64,000 nt of DNA. Origin: Eledone cirrhosa (taxonomy: Eukaryota). Below are positions 62,140-64,000 of the stretch, piece by piece (position 1 is the stretch's first letter; the number at the start of each line of letters is the position of its first letter). The DNA lies in assembly GCA_964016885.1 (NCBI GenBank), contig OZ024742.1:137640001-137704000 (forward strand), read 5' to 3'. The notes beneath the pieces are model-generated. The model was not told the DNA's origin. It saw only the letters and a list, made by a program, of their open reading frames with translations, and did not search any database. The translations under genes and the position numbers were made by a program.

Positions 62140-63552
62140 GTATATGTGTGCGAGATTGTCTATAGCAGCAGGTTAATTCTCAAACTCTTTACCAGAGCCC
62201 TGTACTTATTAGTCGATGTAAATACTTTTCCTATGGAACTTTTGCCTCGAATAGGTTTTCATAGTAATCATTTATGTACCACCAGTGACCAATGAATATT
62301 AGTCTTCATTGGCGCATTGTGATTATTATTGTTGGTAGAGAGCCATAAGTTTCAGCATTTGTATCATGGTCTGTATACAATGTGTTGAATGGTGCTTGTA
62401 ACATCCTATCTACGCACCGTATGACCGTTATTGACGAATCTTTGTTAATGTCTGTTTTTGCAACATACATTAGTACATTCTATAATTTTGCTCTGACGAA
62501 TCTAACATTCAGGTTTCGATTTCGATACGATTTCCATATTCTTGCGATTTTGTTGCATACAGCAAATCTTGAAGTATATGAAGGTTCATATCCTTCACTG
62601 GGTTTCTTATGGATGATACACGGTATTTGAAATTGTTCTCTTCCTTTATTATGTGTCCATTTAAATCATTAATGTCCGCTGGATTATATTTAAAAGAGAA
62701 GCACTCAGACGTTGTATGTTTAGGAGTAACCAAAATTTGCACAGCTGCAATTTCCACTCATTTTAGCATTAGATGGACTTATTTAGCTTGATCACAAAAC
62801 ACGTAATATCCGATATTATTTTCCCCTTGGTAGTAATTACGACGGAAATGTGATGATGTGCAGAATTCCACCGTGTACATTCATGCGCATGCATGGTATT
62901 TGGCGGTTTGACTGAATACATCATTTGTTCTCAGCCAGCATGTAAGGTGGCATTTTCATTTTAATCAGGAGACCAGGGTGGAAACCAAAGCTCCAGTGGA
63001 GAGCAACATTTTAAATACCAATTTGCGTTTCACTTCATCAAATACCACTAAAAAAGAGAGCTAGTTTTTAAGAATGAAATAAGTACACTAAGAAGTCACT
63101 TGATGAAGGATGAGAGTGAACAGCATGGCATGATTTAATATGTTTATCATCAGTATTCACATCTGCACTTGAAATGAAATGCAGGAAGATGTAATTTCAT
63201 ATGTCACCGGGATAATCGGAAATTTGTATGAAATTCCCTTTACACTTAGGTTAATGATACTCGTTGATTTATATTTTTATGTTTATTTATCATTCCTTGT
63301 TTCGAAAACATCTAGATCAATTTGTTTTATGATTTGTCCTTGAAATGTCCATTTTCACTTGTTTCAGTGTATCAAGCTTTGCAGAATTAGTAGAGCAACG
63401 GAACAAAGATTTCCGGTTTTTATTCCAAGTTTGAATATTGTGCGTTCAAATTGCGCCGTTGTTTTTGTTCTTCTATAATAGCAATGATATCCGAAACAGT
63501 AATGTGCTGAGACGATAAACTTTCGACATTTACTTGTCATTAAATACATTCT

Positions 63553-63630
63553 CTTACGGGGTCGATAAAATAAAGTACCAGTAATGCACTGGGTAATTGC
63601 TGGCCTTGTGCCTAAAGTAGAAACAATTAA
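63553..63630 (+). mobile_element. SINE 3' fragment
   Basis: CTTACGGGGTCGATAAAATAAAGTACCAGTAATGCACTGG..GTAGAAACAA; flanked by the direct repeat TTAAATACATTCTCT. Confidence 0.8.
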
Positions 63631-64000
63631 ATACATTCTCTTTTTGACTAGTCCAAAGAAAGCTAGTAAGGGTTTGATTATTAAATAAATATTCCCATAC
63701 TAGATAATTATATCAGCAATGTGTGTAGTCAGTAATATAAGCATTGTAAAGTTTTAGTTTAGATGTTGTCTTCCTGTTTCATCTACAACAACTACAACAG
63801 TACGCCTTGGGGCCCACCCACAGCCCCGGCGGACAGAATGGAGAAGGCGTTTCCCAGGGGGACGGCGAGGGAGACGCGCTGGAAGAGCCACTCCAACTCG
63901 TGGGGCTCACACCTGTGGCTGGGCAGCTCAGCGCCTATGGTGGTGAGTAGGGAGGTAGCCCAGAAAGTGCTGGTAAGAGCGTCTCATAGCTCACCTATAT

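Noticed and set aside
62160-63200. Possible Tc1/mariner remnant (FPPWSPD*N on the minus strand near 62970)
   Set aside because: Single short motif, no TIRs, inconsistent domain order.
63795-64000. GC-rich segment at the window end
   Set aside because: Truncated by the window; possibly a LINE UTR, but not identifiable.

Overview
AT-rich, microsatellite-dense eukaryotic (metazoan) DNA. It is most likely cephalopod/octopus, inferred from the (TA)n/(CA)n/(GA)n load and the recurring tRNA-derived SINE. I found no intact host gene. Nearly all identifiable content is transposon-derived: three Penelope-like elements (PLEs; two with RT plus GIY-YIG, one GIY-YIG/3' remnant), a Chapaev3-type DNA transposon, an internally deleted mariner, decayed RTE, R4/Dong, CRE and Tx1 LINE fragments, and many SINEs. 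The main unexplained signal is about 11 unrelated families of short non-coding elements sitting in (TA)n tracts. Most have the form (TA)n-[inverted partial copy]-[sense copy + tail]-(TA)n, and each carries a hand-foldable type I hammerhead ribozyme. Three families carry a compensatory U3-A8 core (UUGANAA). Several have long branched stem II insertions or palindromic stem III. Three have an ATGCAAAT octamer 75-90 nt upstream of the ribozyme, and three occur as 280-465 nt tandem monomers resembling retrozymes. All folds and alignments were done by eye and coordinates are approximate to a few nt.
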